DNA of 64,000 nt, from positions 678 through 64,677 of the forward strand of contig JBFIFS010000003.1 in the NCBI GenBank assembly GCA_041602695.1, written 5' to 3'. This stretch comes from Kiritimatiellia bacterium (GTDB lineage: Bacteria; Verrucomicrobiota; Kiritimatiellia; UBA8416; JBFIFS01). A program made the translations under genes and the position numbers. Of the stretch, positions 1 to 10,236 are shown in pieces; position 1 is the first letter of the stretch, and each line of letters begins with the position of its first letter. Below the pieces are notes generated by a model. The model worked only from the letters and a program-made list of their open reading frames with translations, did no database searches and was not told where the DNA came from.

Positions 1-1155
1 CGTGAGGTGATGAACAACATCGTCCCTGAGGTAAAGCCTGACCTTATCCACTGCAACGACTGGATGACGGGCCTCATCCCGGCGATGGCAAGGCGGATGA
101 GCATCCCCTGCCTGTTTACCGTGCACAACATCCACACCTACAAACTTACGCTCGCCGAGATAGAAGACCGCGGCATCGATGCCGCGGAATTCTGGCCCTA
201 CCTCTACTACTCGTCCCCGCCGGGCAGCTATGAATCACTGCGTGACAACAATCCTGTCGACCTGCTGGCAAGCGGCATCTTCGCGGCGCATTTCATCAAT
301 ACCGTCAGCCCTACCTTCCTGCGCGAAATAGCGGACGGGCGCCACTCCTTTGTGCCGGACAACATCCGCCAGGAAATGGCCGCAAAGCTGCACTCGGGGT
401 GCGCCGAAGGCATCCTCAACGCGCCCGACGAAAAATACAGCCCCGCGACCGACGAGGCGCTCAAAGCAAACTATAACGCGGAAACACACGGCATTGCCAA
501 GAAGGAGAACAAGAAGGCAATTCAGGAGAAGCTTGGCCTGGACATCAACCCGGACGCGCCGGTACTCTTCTGGCCCTCCCGGCTTGACCCCGTGCAAAAG
601 GGCTGCCAGCTGCTCAGCGACATACTTTATCGGACCATCTCGGACTACTGGAAGCAGGGCCTCCAGCTCATCGTAATCGCCAACGGCGCCTACCAGGAAG
701 TCTTTCGCCACATCGCCGGATTCCACAATCTCAGGAACAGAATAGCCGTGGCCAACTTCAACGAGTCAGATTCCCGACTGGCTTACGCCGCGTCAGATTT
801 CCTGCTGATGCCGTCACTCTTTGAGCCGTGCGGACTCCCCCAGATGATCGGCCCCAAGTACGGCACGCTGCCGATTGCGCATGATACCGGCGGCCTTCAT
901 GACACTGTCCATGACATCTCGGAGGACGGCGACACGGGCAACGGGTTCGTTTTCAAGGACTACGACGCCAATGCGCTGCGCTGGGCTATTGACCAGGCCA
1001 TGACATTCCACGCAAGAGAGCCGGAATTCAGGGAAAAGACGATCTCCAGAATCATGACGGAAGCAGCGGACAACTTCAACTATACGGTCTGCGCGCAGAA
1101 GTATATAGACATCTACGAGAACATGCTCCACCGCCCCCTGATTACACATTTCTGA
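1..1155 (+). CDS. glgA: glycogen/starch synthase, 5'-truncated by the window edge (C-terminal ~380 aa)
   Basis: The frame is open from nt 1. KPDLIHCNDWMTGLIP, PSLFEPCGLPQM and GGLHDTV are typical of GT-B ADP-glucose glycogen synthases. glgB follows immediately. Confidence 0.85.
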   Translation, partial: REVMNNIVPEVKPDLIHCNDWMTGLIPAMARRMSIPCLFTVHNIHTYKLTLAEIEDRGIDAAEFWPYLYYSSPPGSYESLRDNNPVDLLASGIFAAHFINTVSPTFLREIADGRHSFVPDNIRQEMAAKLHSGCAEGILNAPDEKYSPATDEALKANYNAETHGIAKKENKKAIQEKLGLDINPDAPVLFWPSRLDPVQKGCQLLSDILYRTISDYWKQGLQLIVIANGAYQEVFRHIAGFHNLRNRIAVANFNESDSRLAYAASDFLLMPSLFEPCGLPQMIGPKYGTLPIAHDTGGLHDTVHDISEDGDTGNGFVFKDYDANALRWAIDQAMTFHAREPEFREKTISRIMTEAADNFNYTVCAQKYIDIYENMLHRPLITHF

Positions 1156-1166
1156 TAAGACAAATA

Positions 1167-3206
1167 ATGGCCAAATCCGCCAGAAGACTCAAACATCTCA
1201 CCGAGGACACCTACCTCTCGCCATACCTCGGAATTATCGAGTTCCGCCAGGCCCGTGCGGCCGAAACCGAAAAGAAGCTGACCCAGGGCAAGACAGACCT
1301 TTGCGACTTCGCGAGCGGCCATGAGTTCTTCGGGCTCCACCTCAGCGACGAGGAATGGGTACTGCGCGAGTGGGCGCCCAACGCAACGGGAATATCACTT
1401 GTCGGCGACTTCAACGGCTGGCAGGAATCGGACCAGTACAGGTTCACGCGCGCGCCGGAGGGCGGAACCTGGGAGCTGAGAGTTCCCAGGGGGAACATAT
1501 CCCACGGACAGCTTTACAAGCTGCTGGTTTATTGGGCAGAGGGGGCCGGGGAAAGAATCCCTTCATACGCCAGGCGCGTCGTACAGGACCCGGAGACCCT
1601 CACATTCAGCGCCCAGGTATGGAAGCCTGACCGCCCTTACCAATGGCGGGTCGCGGATTTCAGGCGCCGGGACTGCCCGCCCCTGATATACGAGGCACAT
1701 ACCGGCATGGCGCAGGAGGATGAGCGCGTTGGCTCATACCGCGAGTTCGCGGAACACATTATTCCCCGCATAAGGCAGGCTGGCTACAACACAATCCAGC
1801 TGATGGCGGTGATGGAGCATCCGTATTACGGCTCCTTCGGTTACCATGTGTCCAGCTTCTTTGCGGCCTCATCACGCTTTGGCACTCCTGAAGACCTGAA
1901 GCACCTTATCGACTGTGCCCACGAACAGGACATAGCGGTCATTATGGACCTGGTCCACTCTCACGCCGCATCCAACGAGGTGGAGGGGCTGGCGAAGTTT
2001 GACGGGACGGACTTCCAATACTTCCACACCGGCGAGAAGGGAAGCCATCCTGCATGGGGATCACGATGCTTCGATTACAGCAAGCCCGAAGTCCTGCACT
2101 TCCTTCTGTCTAACTGCCGCTACTGGCTCGATGAGTTTAAAGTGGACGGCTTCCGCTTCGACGGAATAACGAGCATGCTTTACAAACATCATGGCCTGGG
2201 CACCGTCTTCGATTCATACGATAAATACTTTGACTCATCCGTTGATGATGACGCCCTCACTTACCTCTATCTGGCGAACAGGCTTGTCCATAAGATAAGG
2301 CCTGACGCTATCACCGTGGCCGAGGACGTCAGCGGCATGCCGGGCCTGGCAGCTCCGACAACCCATGGCGGGGCGGGTTTCAACTACAGGCTGGCGATGG
2401 GCGTTCCCGACTTCTGGTTTAACCTGCTGCGTAAGGTCGATGATGAAAACTGGAACATGGCCCATCTCTGGCATGAGCTGACTAACCGAAGGTGCGATGA
2501 GAGGACAATCAGCTACGTGGAAAGCCATGACCAGGCGATAGTTGGCGACAAGACCTCAATATTCCTGATGCTGGACAGCGAGATGTATACCGGCATGCGC
2601 GCCGACTGCTCCACCCCGGCGCTGGACCGCGGAATAGCCTTGCACAAAATGATGCGCCTCGCCACCGCGGCCTGCGCGGGCGATGGATACCTTAACTTCA
2701 TGGGGAACGAGTTCGGTCATCCTGAGTGGATAGATTTCCCCAGGGAGGGCAACAACTGGTCTTATCACTACGCAAGGAGACAGTGGAGCCTGAGGGACAA
2801 TCCCGATTTGAAATATCATTTCCTCGCGGACTTCGATGCAGCCATGACTCATCTGATCAGCGAAGAAGACCTCATAGCAGGCGGTCATCCCCGCCTTCTG
2901 AGGCTTGATGAAGAAAGAAAGGTCCTTGTCTTTGAACGCTCCTCCTGCATGTTCCTGTTCAACTTCCATCCGTCGGAGTCATATCCAGGCTACGGATTCG
3001 AAGTCCCGTCAGGCAAGTATGAACTCCTGCTCGATTCTGATGCGCCCAACTTCGGTGGGCACGCTCGTGTAGCGTCCAAACAGGTATTCGAAGCACGGGA
3101 AACAGTTGAAGACAGGACCCATAAACACTTACTTTCAGTTTATCTTCCATCACGATCTGCGCTGGTATTGCGAAAAACACACAAAGACAAAAAGAGGACC
3201 CCATGA
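1167..3206 (+). CDS. glgB: 1,4-alpha-glucan branching enzyme (GH13)
   Basis: ATG at 1167. GH13 catalytic motifs are present: DLVHSHA, GFRFDGITS, VAEDVSG, YVESHDQ. The N-terminal region is CBM48-like. Length is 679 aa. Confidence 0.9.
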   Translation: MAKSARRLKHLTEDTYLSPYLGIIEFRQARAAETEKKLTQGKTDLCDFASGHEFFGLHLSDEEWVLREWAPNATGISLVGDFNGWQESDQYRFTRAPEGGTWELRVPRGNISHGQLYKLLVYWAEGAGERIPSYARRVVQDPETLTFSAQVWKPDRPYQWRVADFRRRDCPPLIYEAHTGMAQEDERVGSYREFAEHIIPRIRQAGYNTIQLMAVMEHPYYGSFGYHVSSFFAASSRFGTPEDLKHLIDCAHEQDIAVIMDLVHSHAASNEVEGLAKFDGTDFQYFHTGEKGSHPAWGSRCFDYSKPEVLHFLLSNCRYWLDEFKVDGFRFDGITSMLYKHHGLGTVFDSYDKYFDSSVDDDALTYLYLANRLVHKIRPDAITVAEDVSGMPGLAAPTTHGGAGFNYRLAMGVPDFWFNLLRKVDDENWNMAHLWHELTNRRCDERTISYVESHDQAIVGDKTSIFLMLDSEMYTGMRADCSTPALDRGIALHKMMRLATAACAGDGYLNFMGNEFGHPEWIDFPREGNNWSYHYARRQWSLRDNPDLKYHFLADFDAAMTHLISEEDLIAGGHPRLLRLDEERKVLVFERSSCMFLFNFHPSESYPGYGFEVPSGKYELLLDSDAPNFGGHARVASKQVFEARETVEDRTHKHLLSVYLPSRSALVLRKTHKDKKRTP

Positions 3207-3544
3207 TTGTTGAGCAGGGCGAGAAGCTGCACATTATCACTCGAAGGGCTTTTGAAGATGATCTTCGTCGGCATTTCATAGGGGAAGTCATGGAAGCGGA
3301 AGGTTCGCTGGTCAGGGTCGAAGGATTTGCCTTCATCCTGGACACGGCCACCAACAGCTACCTGCGACGCCCCGAAAGGCGCACGAGGATAATTTGCCTT
3401 GCCGATGCGAACAACCTGGTGAATGTGCTTCCGGATCATATCGACCTGGACGCGACCCGATATGAAGTCCTGGACGGAAGACTGGTGGTAACCGACGGCA
3501 CGAATTTCAAGCTGGATGTGAACGAATTCGGCAAGAACCAGTAA
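3203..3544 (+). CDS. hypothetical protein (113 aa)
   Basis: ATGA start/stop overlap with glgB suggests translational coupling. No family recognised. Confidence 0.5.
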   Translation: MIVEQGEKLHIITRRAFEDDLRRHFIGEVMEAEGSLVRVEGFAFILDTATNSYLRRPERRTRIICLADANNLVNVLPDHIDLDATRYEVLDGRLVVTDGTNFKLDVNEFGKNQ

Positions 3545-3574
3545 GGCGGACCGTGATACCGGGTCAGTGAAGAA

Positions 3575-4648
3575 TCAGAGCCACTTCTTCCTCCGGAAGT
3601 AAGCAAACATGGCCGTGGTCAGAAGCACCATGACAACCCATACACCGGCATAACCGTATTGCCATTTCAATTCAGGCATGTTTTCAAAATTCATGCCGTA
3701 GATTCCGGCGACAAAAGTAAGCGGGATAAAGATCGTCGCAATTATCGTAAGCACTTTCATGACATCGTTTGTGCGGTTGCTGACCACAGTCATATAGGTA
3801 TCCAATGCTCCGGACAGCACATCGCGGAGCGACTCGATGCTGTCTATGACCTGGATGGTGTGCTCGTAGACGTCCCTCAGGTAAGGCCCCATTCCTTTGC
3901 TGATGAGGCGGCTCTCTGTTTTCTCAAGGTTTGATACGACTTCGCGCAGGGGCCACAGGTATTTCCGAAGGCCTATCAGCTCGCGACGCACGCGATGTAT
4001 GGTCTGGAGAGTTGCCGGCTCAGGCTTTTCAAGGACACTCTCCTGCAGGGCTTCACTCTTCTCCCCGATCTCCTCAAGCACAACAAAATAATTGTCGACA
4101 ATCGCATCGATAAGGGCATAGGCCAGGTAGTCGCAACCCATCTTCCTTATGCGCCCCTTCCCCGTCCTGATCCTTTCGCGAATCATGTCGAAGACGTCAC
4201 CATCCATTTCCTGAAACGTCAGAAGGTAGCCTTTCCCAAGAACCATGCTTACCTGCTCAGAGACTATGGACTGCTCTCCAGGTCTTCTGTAAAGCATCTG
4301 GAGCGTGCAAAACACGTAGTCATCATGGTCCTCAAGTTTCGGCCGCTGGCCGAGGTGAAGGATGTCCTCAAGGACAAGCGGGTGCAGCCCAAAAACATCT
4401 CCCAGCCCGGCGAGGAGTTCTGTGTCATGCAGCCCTGTAACATTGATCCAGGTAACACTGTCACGCTTGATGAACTTCGAGCATTCATCCGCATAGCCAA
4501 CCGCGGTTTCGTTGAGCTCGGTCTCGTTGTAATCAATGACAGAAACCCGGACCTGTTCGACTTTCTCTTCACCGAGATAGACGAGTGAGCCCGGAGGAAG
4601 CCCTATTCTTCCCCTTGCACGGGAAACCTTTAACGGGTCCTCTCCCAC
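3575..4648 (-). CDS. corA: magnesium/cobalt transporter CorA
   Basis: YGMNFENMPE (GMN signature) followed by the last TM helix. LPPGSLVY lies near the N-terminus. The ORF-track start at 4678 is GTG with no SD. The GTG at 4648 is preceded by AGGAGGA (4651-4657), so it is preferred. Confidence 0.85.
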   Translation of the reverse strand: MGEDPLKVSRARGRIGLPPGSLVYLGEEKVEQVRVSVIDYNETELNETAVGYADECSKFIKRDSVTWINVTGLHDTELLAGLGDVFGLHPLVLEDILHLGQRPKLEDHDDYVFCTLQMLYRRPGEQSIVSEQVSMVLGKGYLLTFQEMDGDVFDMIRERIRTGKGRIRKMGCDYLAYALIDAIVDNYFVVLEEIGEKSEALQESVLEKPEPATLQTIHRVRRELIGLRKYLWPLREVVSNLEKTESRLISKGMGPYLRDVYEHTIQVIDSIESLRDVLSGALDTYMTVVSNRTNDVMKVLTIIATIFIPLTFVAGIYGMNFENMPELKWQYGYAGVWVVMVLLTTAMFAYFRRKKWL

Positions 4649-4700
4649 AACTCCTCCTGCACTTACAGTTGTCTGCACGGCGCAAAGCGCCGCTGCGGCA

Positions 4701-5870
4701 TCAGAGCGACGATACGAAATCTTCCAGCCGGTCTACCCCGCCCTTAATGTTGTCCATGCTGCAGGCGTAAGACATGCGGACGTTGGCATCCGCTCCAAAC
4801 GCAATGCCCGGGACCACTGCAACGCCCTTGCTCTCCAGCAGTTTGTCCGCGAACGACAGTGAGTCAAGGCCGAAAGAGCTGATATTCGGCAGCATGTAGA
4901 ACGCGCCGCCGGGCTTTACACAGCTGACACCGTCTATAGACGTAAGACGCTCATAGAGATAGTTACGCCGTTCTTCGAACGACTTCCTCATCTCTTCAAC
5001 CGCGTCCTGGGGTCCTACCAGGGCTTCAACGCCCCCGAACTGGGCAAAGGTGTTAGGGCCGGAAGTTGAGTGGCTCTGCAGCGCGTTGACGGCCTTTACG
5101 ATCTCCATGGGCGCCGCAAAGTATCCCAGGCGCCAGCCGGTCATCGAATAGGCCTTGCTGAAGCCGTTAACTGTAACGGTCAGCTTGAAAATGTCTTCTG
5201 AGAAGCTGCCGATGCTCACATGCTCGACGCCCTCATACACAAGCTTTTCATAGATCTCGTCTGAAACGACATACACCCCGTGCTTGACCGCGATATCTGC
5301 GATGGCCTTCAGCTCGTCCCTTGAATACACGACGCCGATCGGATTTGAAGGGCTGTTGATTATGATCGCCTTCGTTTTTGGCGTGATCGCGGCCTCCAGC
5401 GCTTCCGGCTTGATCTTGTACTCATCCGCCTCGCTGCAGTTCACGATCACGGGCTTACCGCCGGCGATAGTGACCATTTCCGGGTAGCTGAGCCAGAACG
5501 GAGCCGGGATAATTACCTCATCGCCTTCCTGGCACATGGCCATGATGACGTTGAAAAGGGAATGTTTCGCCCCGTTGCTCACTACGATCTGGCCGGCATC
5601 ATATTCCAGGCCATTGTCCTTCTTGAGCTTGTCCACAATAGCTGCCTTGAGGTCCGCCGCGCCTGACGCGGGGCTGTATTTGGTTTCGCCCCTGGCGAGG
5701 GCTTCGGCCGCCGCCTTCTTGATGTTTTCCGGTGTATCGAAATCCGGCTCACCTGCAGCAAAGCTGAAGACATCCTGCCCTTCCGCTTTCATTGCTTTGG
5801 CCTTCGCCGTGATACCGAGAGTAACTGAGGGTTTGATTGAGGCAATACGCGCATTCATTTCAGCCGCCAT
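4701..5870 (-). CDS. aspC: class I PLP-dependent aspartate aminotransferase
   Basis: INSPSNPIG and SKAYSMTGWRLGY (PLP-lysine region). 389 aa with an ATG start. Confidence 0.8.
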   Translation of the reverse strand: MAAEMNARIASIKPSVTLGITAKAKAMKAEGQDVFSFAAGEPDFDTPENIKKAAAEALARGETKYSPASGAADLKAAIVDKLKKDNGLEYDAGQIVVSNGAKHSLFNVIMAMCQEGDEVIIPAPFWLSYPEMVTIAGGKPVIVNCSEADEYKIKPEALEAAITPKTKAIIINSPSNPIGVVYSRDELKAIADIAVKHGVYVVSDEIYEKLVYEGVEHVSIGSFSEDIFKLTVTVNGFSKAYSMTGWRLGYFAAPMEIVKAVNALQSHSTSGPNTFAQFGGVEALVGPQDAVEEMRKSFEERRNYLYERLTSIDGVSCVKPGGAFYMLPNISSFGLDSLSFADKLLESKGVAVVPGIAFGADANVRMSYACSMDNIKGGVDRLEDFVSSL

Positions 5871-5979
5871 GACTAACTCCGTTTTCTATTTGTTCTGAAT
5901 TTATACAGTAAGCACTGGAAGTCCGTATTAACGCCTTTTGACGCCCGGGTCCGTTCGTTCTTTAAATTCGCCTGAGCCC

Positions 5980-7158
5980 TTACAGGGCATCTACGCTGCC
6001 GTAGTGTTCTTCAACCTTTGAAATAATCGAGTCTTCGCCGATGCGAACGATCGCCATCTCCCTGAGCGCGTTCTCCATGGAATCAGAAGCGTGGATTGCA
6101 TTGACCATGACGTTGCTGCCGAATTCCTTCCGGACCGATCCCGGCTGCGCCTTGCTCGGATCGGTGGGTCCGATAATTGTGCGGATTATGTTGATGGCGT
6201 CATTTCCTTCATAAACAAGGCCAACAGAACTTACCTTTCCCGCAGTCGCGCGGTCTTCCTTCGGCACTTCGTCCGGTGTGTACCCCGTCATGAACTGGAC
6301 GATGCCGTTGAACTGCGACTCGGCAAAAGATGGAGCAAGAGCGCTGCAGACCGCATCGGCGGCATCCCGCGAAACTTCAAAGCCGAATTCACGGGACAGC
6401 GCCGCACAGGCACGGGCCAGTCCGATATCGCGGAACTTCTTCTGGAGGGTGTCCCTGACTGGGCCATAGAACTCTTCCGCCTGGGCCACGGTCATGTGGT
6501 ATCGCTTAATGGCAACAATGCGAAGTCCGGAACAAGAGAGAAGATCGATAATGTTCCCCGCCCTGACGCTCTGGTAACGAAAGTTGTCAGGCTTCAGCAT
6601 CACGAGGGTCTTCTCGATGCTGTCACCTTCCGGAACATCCATGGCGCACTCGATGATGCCCCCGTCGCGGCGTGAGTACTTGGCCCACAGCTTAATGGAT
6701 TGGGCCGCCCTTTCCCTTGAGGGCGCAACCAGCACCGCCGGCTCAAAATATCGCACGCCGCCATCGGGATCAGTAACATAGTCGCCGAATGTGTCCCTTA
6801 CCGTTTCGCCGCTGCCCCAATTCAAGGTGGCACTTCCCGTCACCTTCCATATCTTCGCGATCGCGTCTTCACCTTCAAAAAGAAGAAGCATCACGCGGCG
6901 TGGACGTTTCGTTTCGGGATCGGGCGCGTAATTGTTCTCGATGTAATCAGCGATCAGCCCGGTAGTCTCGGGATGCTCAGGATCAGCATGACGAACCAGG
7001 TCGGCATAAGACTGGGTGAGCTCATCGCTCGGACCGTACATCCTTGCGCCGACAAAAGTGAGGTCGGTTCGGCCCATGTAACGACCTATTACGCCGCCCG
7101 TTCGCGACTTCGCGATCGTGTAGGGATTAATAAGTACAAAAGCCAGCTCGTTTGCCAT
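5980..7158 (-). CDS. tandem nucleoside-diphosphate-kinase-like protein
   Basis: There are two NDK-like halves (FVLINPYT... and TLVMLKPDN...). Only the C-terminal half keeps the NxxH(A/G)SDS active-site motif (NAIHASDS). Confidence 0.6.
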   Translation of the reverse strand: MANELAFVLINPYTIAKSRTGGVIGRYMGRTDLTFVGARMYGPSDELTQSYADLVRHADPEHPETTGLIADYIENNYAPDPETKRPRRVMLLLFEGEDAIAKIWKVTGSATLNWGSGETVRDTFGDYVTDPDGGVRYFEPAVLVAPSRERAAQSIKLWAKYSRRDGGIIECAMDVPEGDSIEKTLVMLKPDNFRYQSVRAGNIIDLLSCSGLRIVAIKRYHMTVAQAEEFYGPVRDTLQKKFRDIGLARACAALSREFGFEVSRDAADAVCSALAPSFAESQFNGIVQFMTGYTPDEVPKEDRATAGKVSSVGLVYEGNDAINIIRTIIGPTDPSKAQPGSVRKEFGSNVMVNAIHASDSMENALREMAIVRIGEDSIISKVEEHYGSVDAL

Positions 7159-8822
7159 CAGTCTTCTTCGTCCTTTTGGGTCCTAACTTTAATAACAGAA
7201 ACCGCAGACTGTACCATCAGGAGGGCCGCCATTGCCACAAGAAAAGCTGTCGAAACCACTAAAACCGTGTTTCCATCCTTCAGATTGGCGATCATCAGGT
7301 TTATCAGCGCCCAGACACAGACAATCATCATGAACGCCATCGGCACGAGAGTGACCATGAACTTGCTTTTTTTCCTGATCAGAAGCAGGGTTATCACGAG
7401 CAGCGTAAGGGCTGCCAGCAGCTGGTTGGAGGCCCCGAACACAGGCCATATCTGGAGGTATTTGCCGCTGAGCCCCAGGTAGCCGGCCAGCACAACCACC
7501 ACCGTAGTAGCGAGGAAGCGATTTGAGAAGAAGCGGCTGACCTTGCCGCGGACCAGAGGGTGGGTGTCTCCCGGCATGAAAAGCTCCTCCCAAGTGAAAC
7601 GAGTCAGCCTGGTGGCAGTGTCTAGTGTTGTCAGGAGGAACGCGGATATCGCGAGGGAGAAAAAGTTTGCGCCGCTTTCAGAAGGGATCCCCAGCTTGCC
7701 GGAGAACTCGGCAAGGCCGGCAGAAAACGCGCCCACAGGACCGAGCTCGGCGATCCTGCCCATCATGCCTTCGTAAGAAAGATAGCCTACGGCGACAAGG
7801 GCCATTATGGCCAGCACCCCTTCCACCAGCATCCCTCCATAACCTATGGGCAGGATGTGTTTCTCGTTCTCAAGCTGCTTCGAGCTCGTACCTGATGCCA
7901 CGAGCGCATGGAATCCTGAACATGCCCCGCAGGCGACCGTCACGAAGAGTATTGGGAACAGCGGCACCTCCGCCCCGCCCTTCATCACTTTCCAGCCCAT
8001 GAACGCAGGGGTCCTTATATCCGGCACGGCCACTGCAATTCCCGCGAAACCGAGTATCAGCATCGCGTAGAGCAGGTAGGAATTCAGGTAGTCCCTCGGC
8101 TGCAGCAGCACCCATACTGGCAGGACAGAGGCAATGAACGCGTAGGCCAGAAGCAGTATGGTCCAGGTCTTCTGTATCGCCGCCGCATCCTTTCCGGTAA
8201 TTGCACAGAGGTCCAGCGGCGCGGCGGTGCCGACCCAGACAAACACAAAAAGGAGCGGCACAAAAATCAGGCTGGCTTTCAGGATGTCCAGGTTCTTCTT
8301 GTGAGTAAGCCAGCCGAATACAGGCGCCATCAGAATGAACAGCAGCGAAGAGGTGGCAACAGCGGGCCTGGCAGTGAAGGTCTTGGCCACGAGCATCGCG
8401 AAGATAGCAACAACCAGCAGGAGCGCCGCGAAGGCGAAGAGCAGGAAGATCTGGCGTCCCGAGTAACCGACCTGCTTCTCAATGATATGGCCAATCGATC
8501 TTCCCTCGTTTCTCACAGAAAGAAAAAGCGCCGCAAAATCGTGCATGGCTCCTACAAACACGCATCCGACAATTATCCAGATGAGGACCGGCGCCCAGCC
8601 GTAATAAGCTGCAGCTATGGGCCCCACGATGGGTCCGGCACCGGCTATCGAGGCGAAATGGTGGCCGAAAAGGACAAGCGGCTTCGTCGGCACGAAGTCG
8701 ATTCCATCGCGATGCTCATTCGCGGGAGTCTCACGCCCCTCATCAACTCCGAAAAGGCGTGACAGGTATCGCCCGTAGACACAATACGCCACGGCAAAAA
8801 TAACGATTCCGAGGGCTATCAT
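7158..8822 (-). CDS. cstA: carbon starvation protein CstA (peptide/pyruvate transporter family)
   Basis: Polytopic membrane protein with GHHFASIAGAGPIVGPIAAAYYGWAP. Start chosen at ATG 8822 (MIALGIV...), because the upstream 69 codons of the track ORF look non-coding. The stop overlaps the start of the downstream NDK-like gene (TGATG). Confidence 0.85.
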   Translation of the reverse strand: MIALGIVIFAVAYCVYGRYLSRLFGVDEGRETPANEHRDGIDFVPTKPLVLFGHHFASIAGAGPIVGPIAAAYYGWAPVLIWIIVGCVFVGAMHDFAALFLSVRNEGRSIGHIIEKQVGYSGRQIFLLFAFAALLLVVAIFAMLVAKTFTARPAVATSSLLFILMAPVFGWLTHKKNLDILKASLIFVPLLFVFVWVGTAAPLDLCAITGKDAAAIQKTWTILLLAYAFIASVLPVWVLLQPRDYLNSYLLYAMLILGFAGIAVAVPDIRTPAFMGWKVMKGGAEVPLFPILFVTVACGACSGFHALVASGTSSKQLENEKHILPIGYGGMLVEGVLAIMALVAVGYLSYEGMMGRIAELGPVGAFSAGLAEFSGKLGIPSESGANFFSLAISAFLLTTLDTATRLTRFTWEELFMPGDTHPLVRGKVSRFFSNRFLATTVVVVLAGYLGLSGKYLQIWPVFGASNQLLAALTLLVITLLLIRKKSKFMVTLVPMAFMMIVCVWALINLMIANLKDGNTVLVVSTAFLVAMAALLMVQSAVSVIKVRTQKDEED

Positions 8823-8996
8823 AGATAAACCGTTCAATGCAGGCCTCCTTTTCAATGCGTCCCGCCACAGTAATCCAGAAAGATTAAGCGCAGCGCAGAT
8901 CAATGTCAATATAGCCTCGGCCTGATGGTGCAGCGCCCGGTAAAATGAGGCTTTTTGAACCTTGAACCTTCCACATAACCGTCTTAATATCCGCCA

Positions 8997-9992
8997 ATGC
9001 CAAAGAAACCGAAAAACGGAAACAAACACCTCTCGGAGGCCAGAAAAGTCTTTCGCACTGAAATAGAAAGCCTTGAGGCCATTTCCAAAGGGCTGGACAC
9101 GTCATTTGATAAAGCCGTCAGGCTGATACGGACATCGCTCAAGAAAGGCGGCAAGGTTGTTATTTCCGGCATCGGAAAGAACCTGCCCATCGCCGAGAAA
9201 ATCTCGTCTACACTTGCCAGCACGGGCTCGGCCAGCGTGGTCCTCAATCCGGTACAGGCCATGCACGGCGATCTCGGCATACTTCGCGAAAACGACGTAA
9301 TGATTGCCCTCAGCTACAGCGGCGAATCTGACGAGATGAATGCCCTGCTGCCGTCCATAAAGCAGATGAAGGTAAAGATCATCGCGATAACCGGGGTCCA
9401 AGACAGCTTTCTGGCAAAGCACAGCAGCGTTCTCATTCTCGCCCCGGTAAAGAAAGAGGCCTGCCCATTCAATATGGCGCCAACCACGAGCACGACAGCA
9501 ACACTGGTTATAGGCGACGCAATAGCCATTGCTCTCATGAAGGCCCGCGGCTTCGACAAGGACGACTACGCCCGCCTCCACCCTGGAGGCGCCATAGGCC
9601 GCACCCTAAGCGTTAGGGTCTCAGACATCATGAGGTCCGGCAAGCGCCTTGCCAGGGTCGGAAGGAGAGCTTCCGTGAAATCAGCGATGCTCGCGATGAC
9701 TGCCGCGCGTTCCGGGTCGGTGGGCATCATAGACAGCGGAAAGAAGCTCCTGGGAATCGTCACTGACGGCGATATTCGCAGGCATCTCCTCGAGAATCCC
9801 GCCATCATAGACTCCACGGCCAGCCGCATCATGACTAAATCACCGTCAACCGTTAACCCCGGCCAGCTTGTGGCGGATGTCCTGAAGATCTTCGAAACTC
9901 ACGATTTCGATGACCTTCCGGTCGTAGACGATAAAGGCCGCTATGTAGGCTATATCGACATCCAGGACCTGCCAAAACTGAAGGTCCTGTAG
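8997..9992 (+). CDS. kdsD: arabinose-5-phosphate isomerase (SIS domain plus tandem CBS)
   Basis: VVISGIGKNLPIAEKISSTLASTGS...HGDLG is the SIS signature. A C-terminal CBS pair is present. 331 aa. Confidence 0.85.
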   Translation: MPKKPKNGNKHLSEARKVFRTEIESLEAISKGLDTSFDKAVRLIRTSLKKGGKVVISGIGKNLPIAEKISSTLASTGSASVVLNPVQAMHGDLGILRENDVMIALSYSGESDEMNALLPSIKQMKVKIIAITGVQDSFLAKHSSVLILAPVKKEACPFNMAPTTSTTATLVIGDAIAIALMKARGFDKDDYARLHPGGAIGRTLSVRVSDIMRSGKRLARVGRRASVKSAMLAMTAARSGSVGIIDSGKKLLGIVTDGDIRRHLLENPAIIDSTASRIMTKSPSTVNPGQLVADVLKIFETHDFDDLPVVDDKGRYVGYIDIQDLPKLKVL

Positions 9993-10030
9993 TTGCTGAA
10001 AACGTGGCCGGACTTACTGATTCAGAGTTC

Positions 10031-10059
10031 TTGACCGATACAGCCTATGCTGATAATGT
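10031..10059 (+). promoter_or_regulatory. possible sigma-70 promoter (TTGACC-N17-TAATGT with TG extended -10)
   Basis: TTGACC at 10031-10036, TG at 10051-10052, TAATGT at 10054-10059. It lies ~100 nt upstream of tRNA-Pro. Confidence 0.3.
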
Positions 10060-10159
10060 CCGCACTTGTTCCTGGCAGGCAGCCGCGGATCGAATGGATT
10101 TCGGCCGCCCGGGCTAGAAACCAATGGTCACTGATTACCGATCACTGACCACTGTTAAT

Positions 10160-10236
10160 CGGGGCGTAGCGCAGTCTGGTAGCGCACTTGAATGGGGTTC
10201 AAGTTGTCGCTGGTTCGAATCCAGTCGCCCCGACCA
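10160..10236 (+). tRNA. tRNA-Pro (anticodon GGG), CCA encoded
   Basis: Manual fold: acceptor CGGGGCG/CGCCCCG, anticodon stem CTTGA/TCAAG with loop ATGGGGT, T arm GCTGG-TTCGAAT-CCAGT, discriminator A, then CCA. Confidence 0.9.

Noticed and set aside
8823-9029. N-terminal extensions proposed by the ORF track: cstA here, plus 23966-24073, 26429-26533, 37281-37424, 47032-47121, 47930-48004, 61701-61730, 61694-61915, 15784-15918, 12993-13004 and 25224-25232
   Set aside because: The internal ATGs have better SD sequences. They also begin a signal peptide or the conserved family N-terminus, or they remove an overlap with the upstream gene. Several of the track starts are TTG/GTG translated as M.
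10127-10152. Two imperfect 12-nt direct repeats (GTCACTGATTAC / ATCACTGACCAC) just upstream of tRNA-Pro
   Set aside because: Only two short copies with 10 of 12 identity and no known motif. Too little evidence to call a regulatory site.
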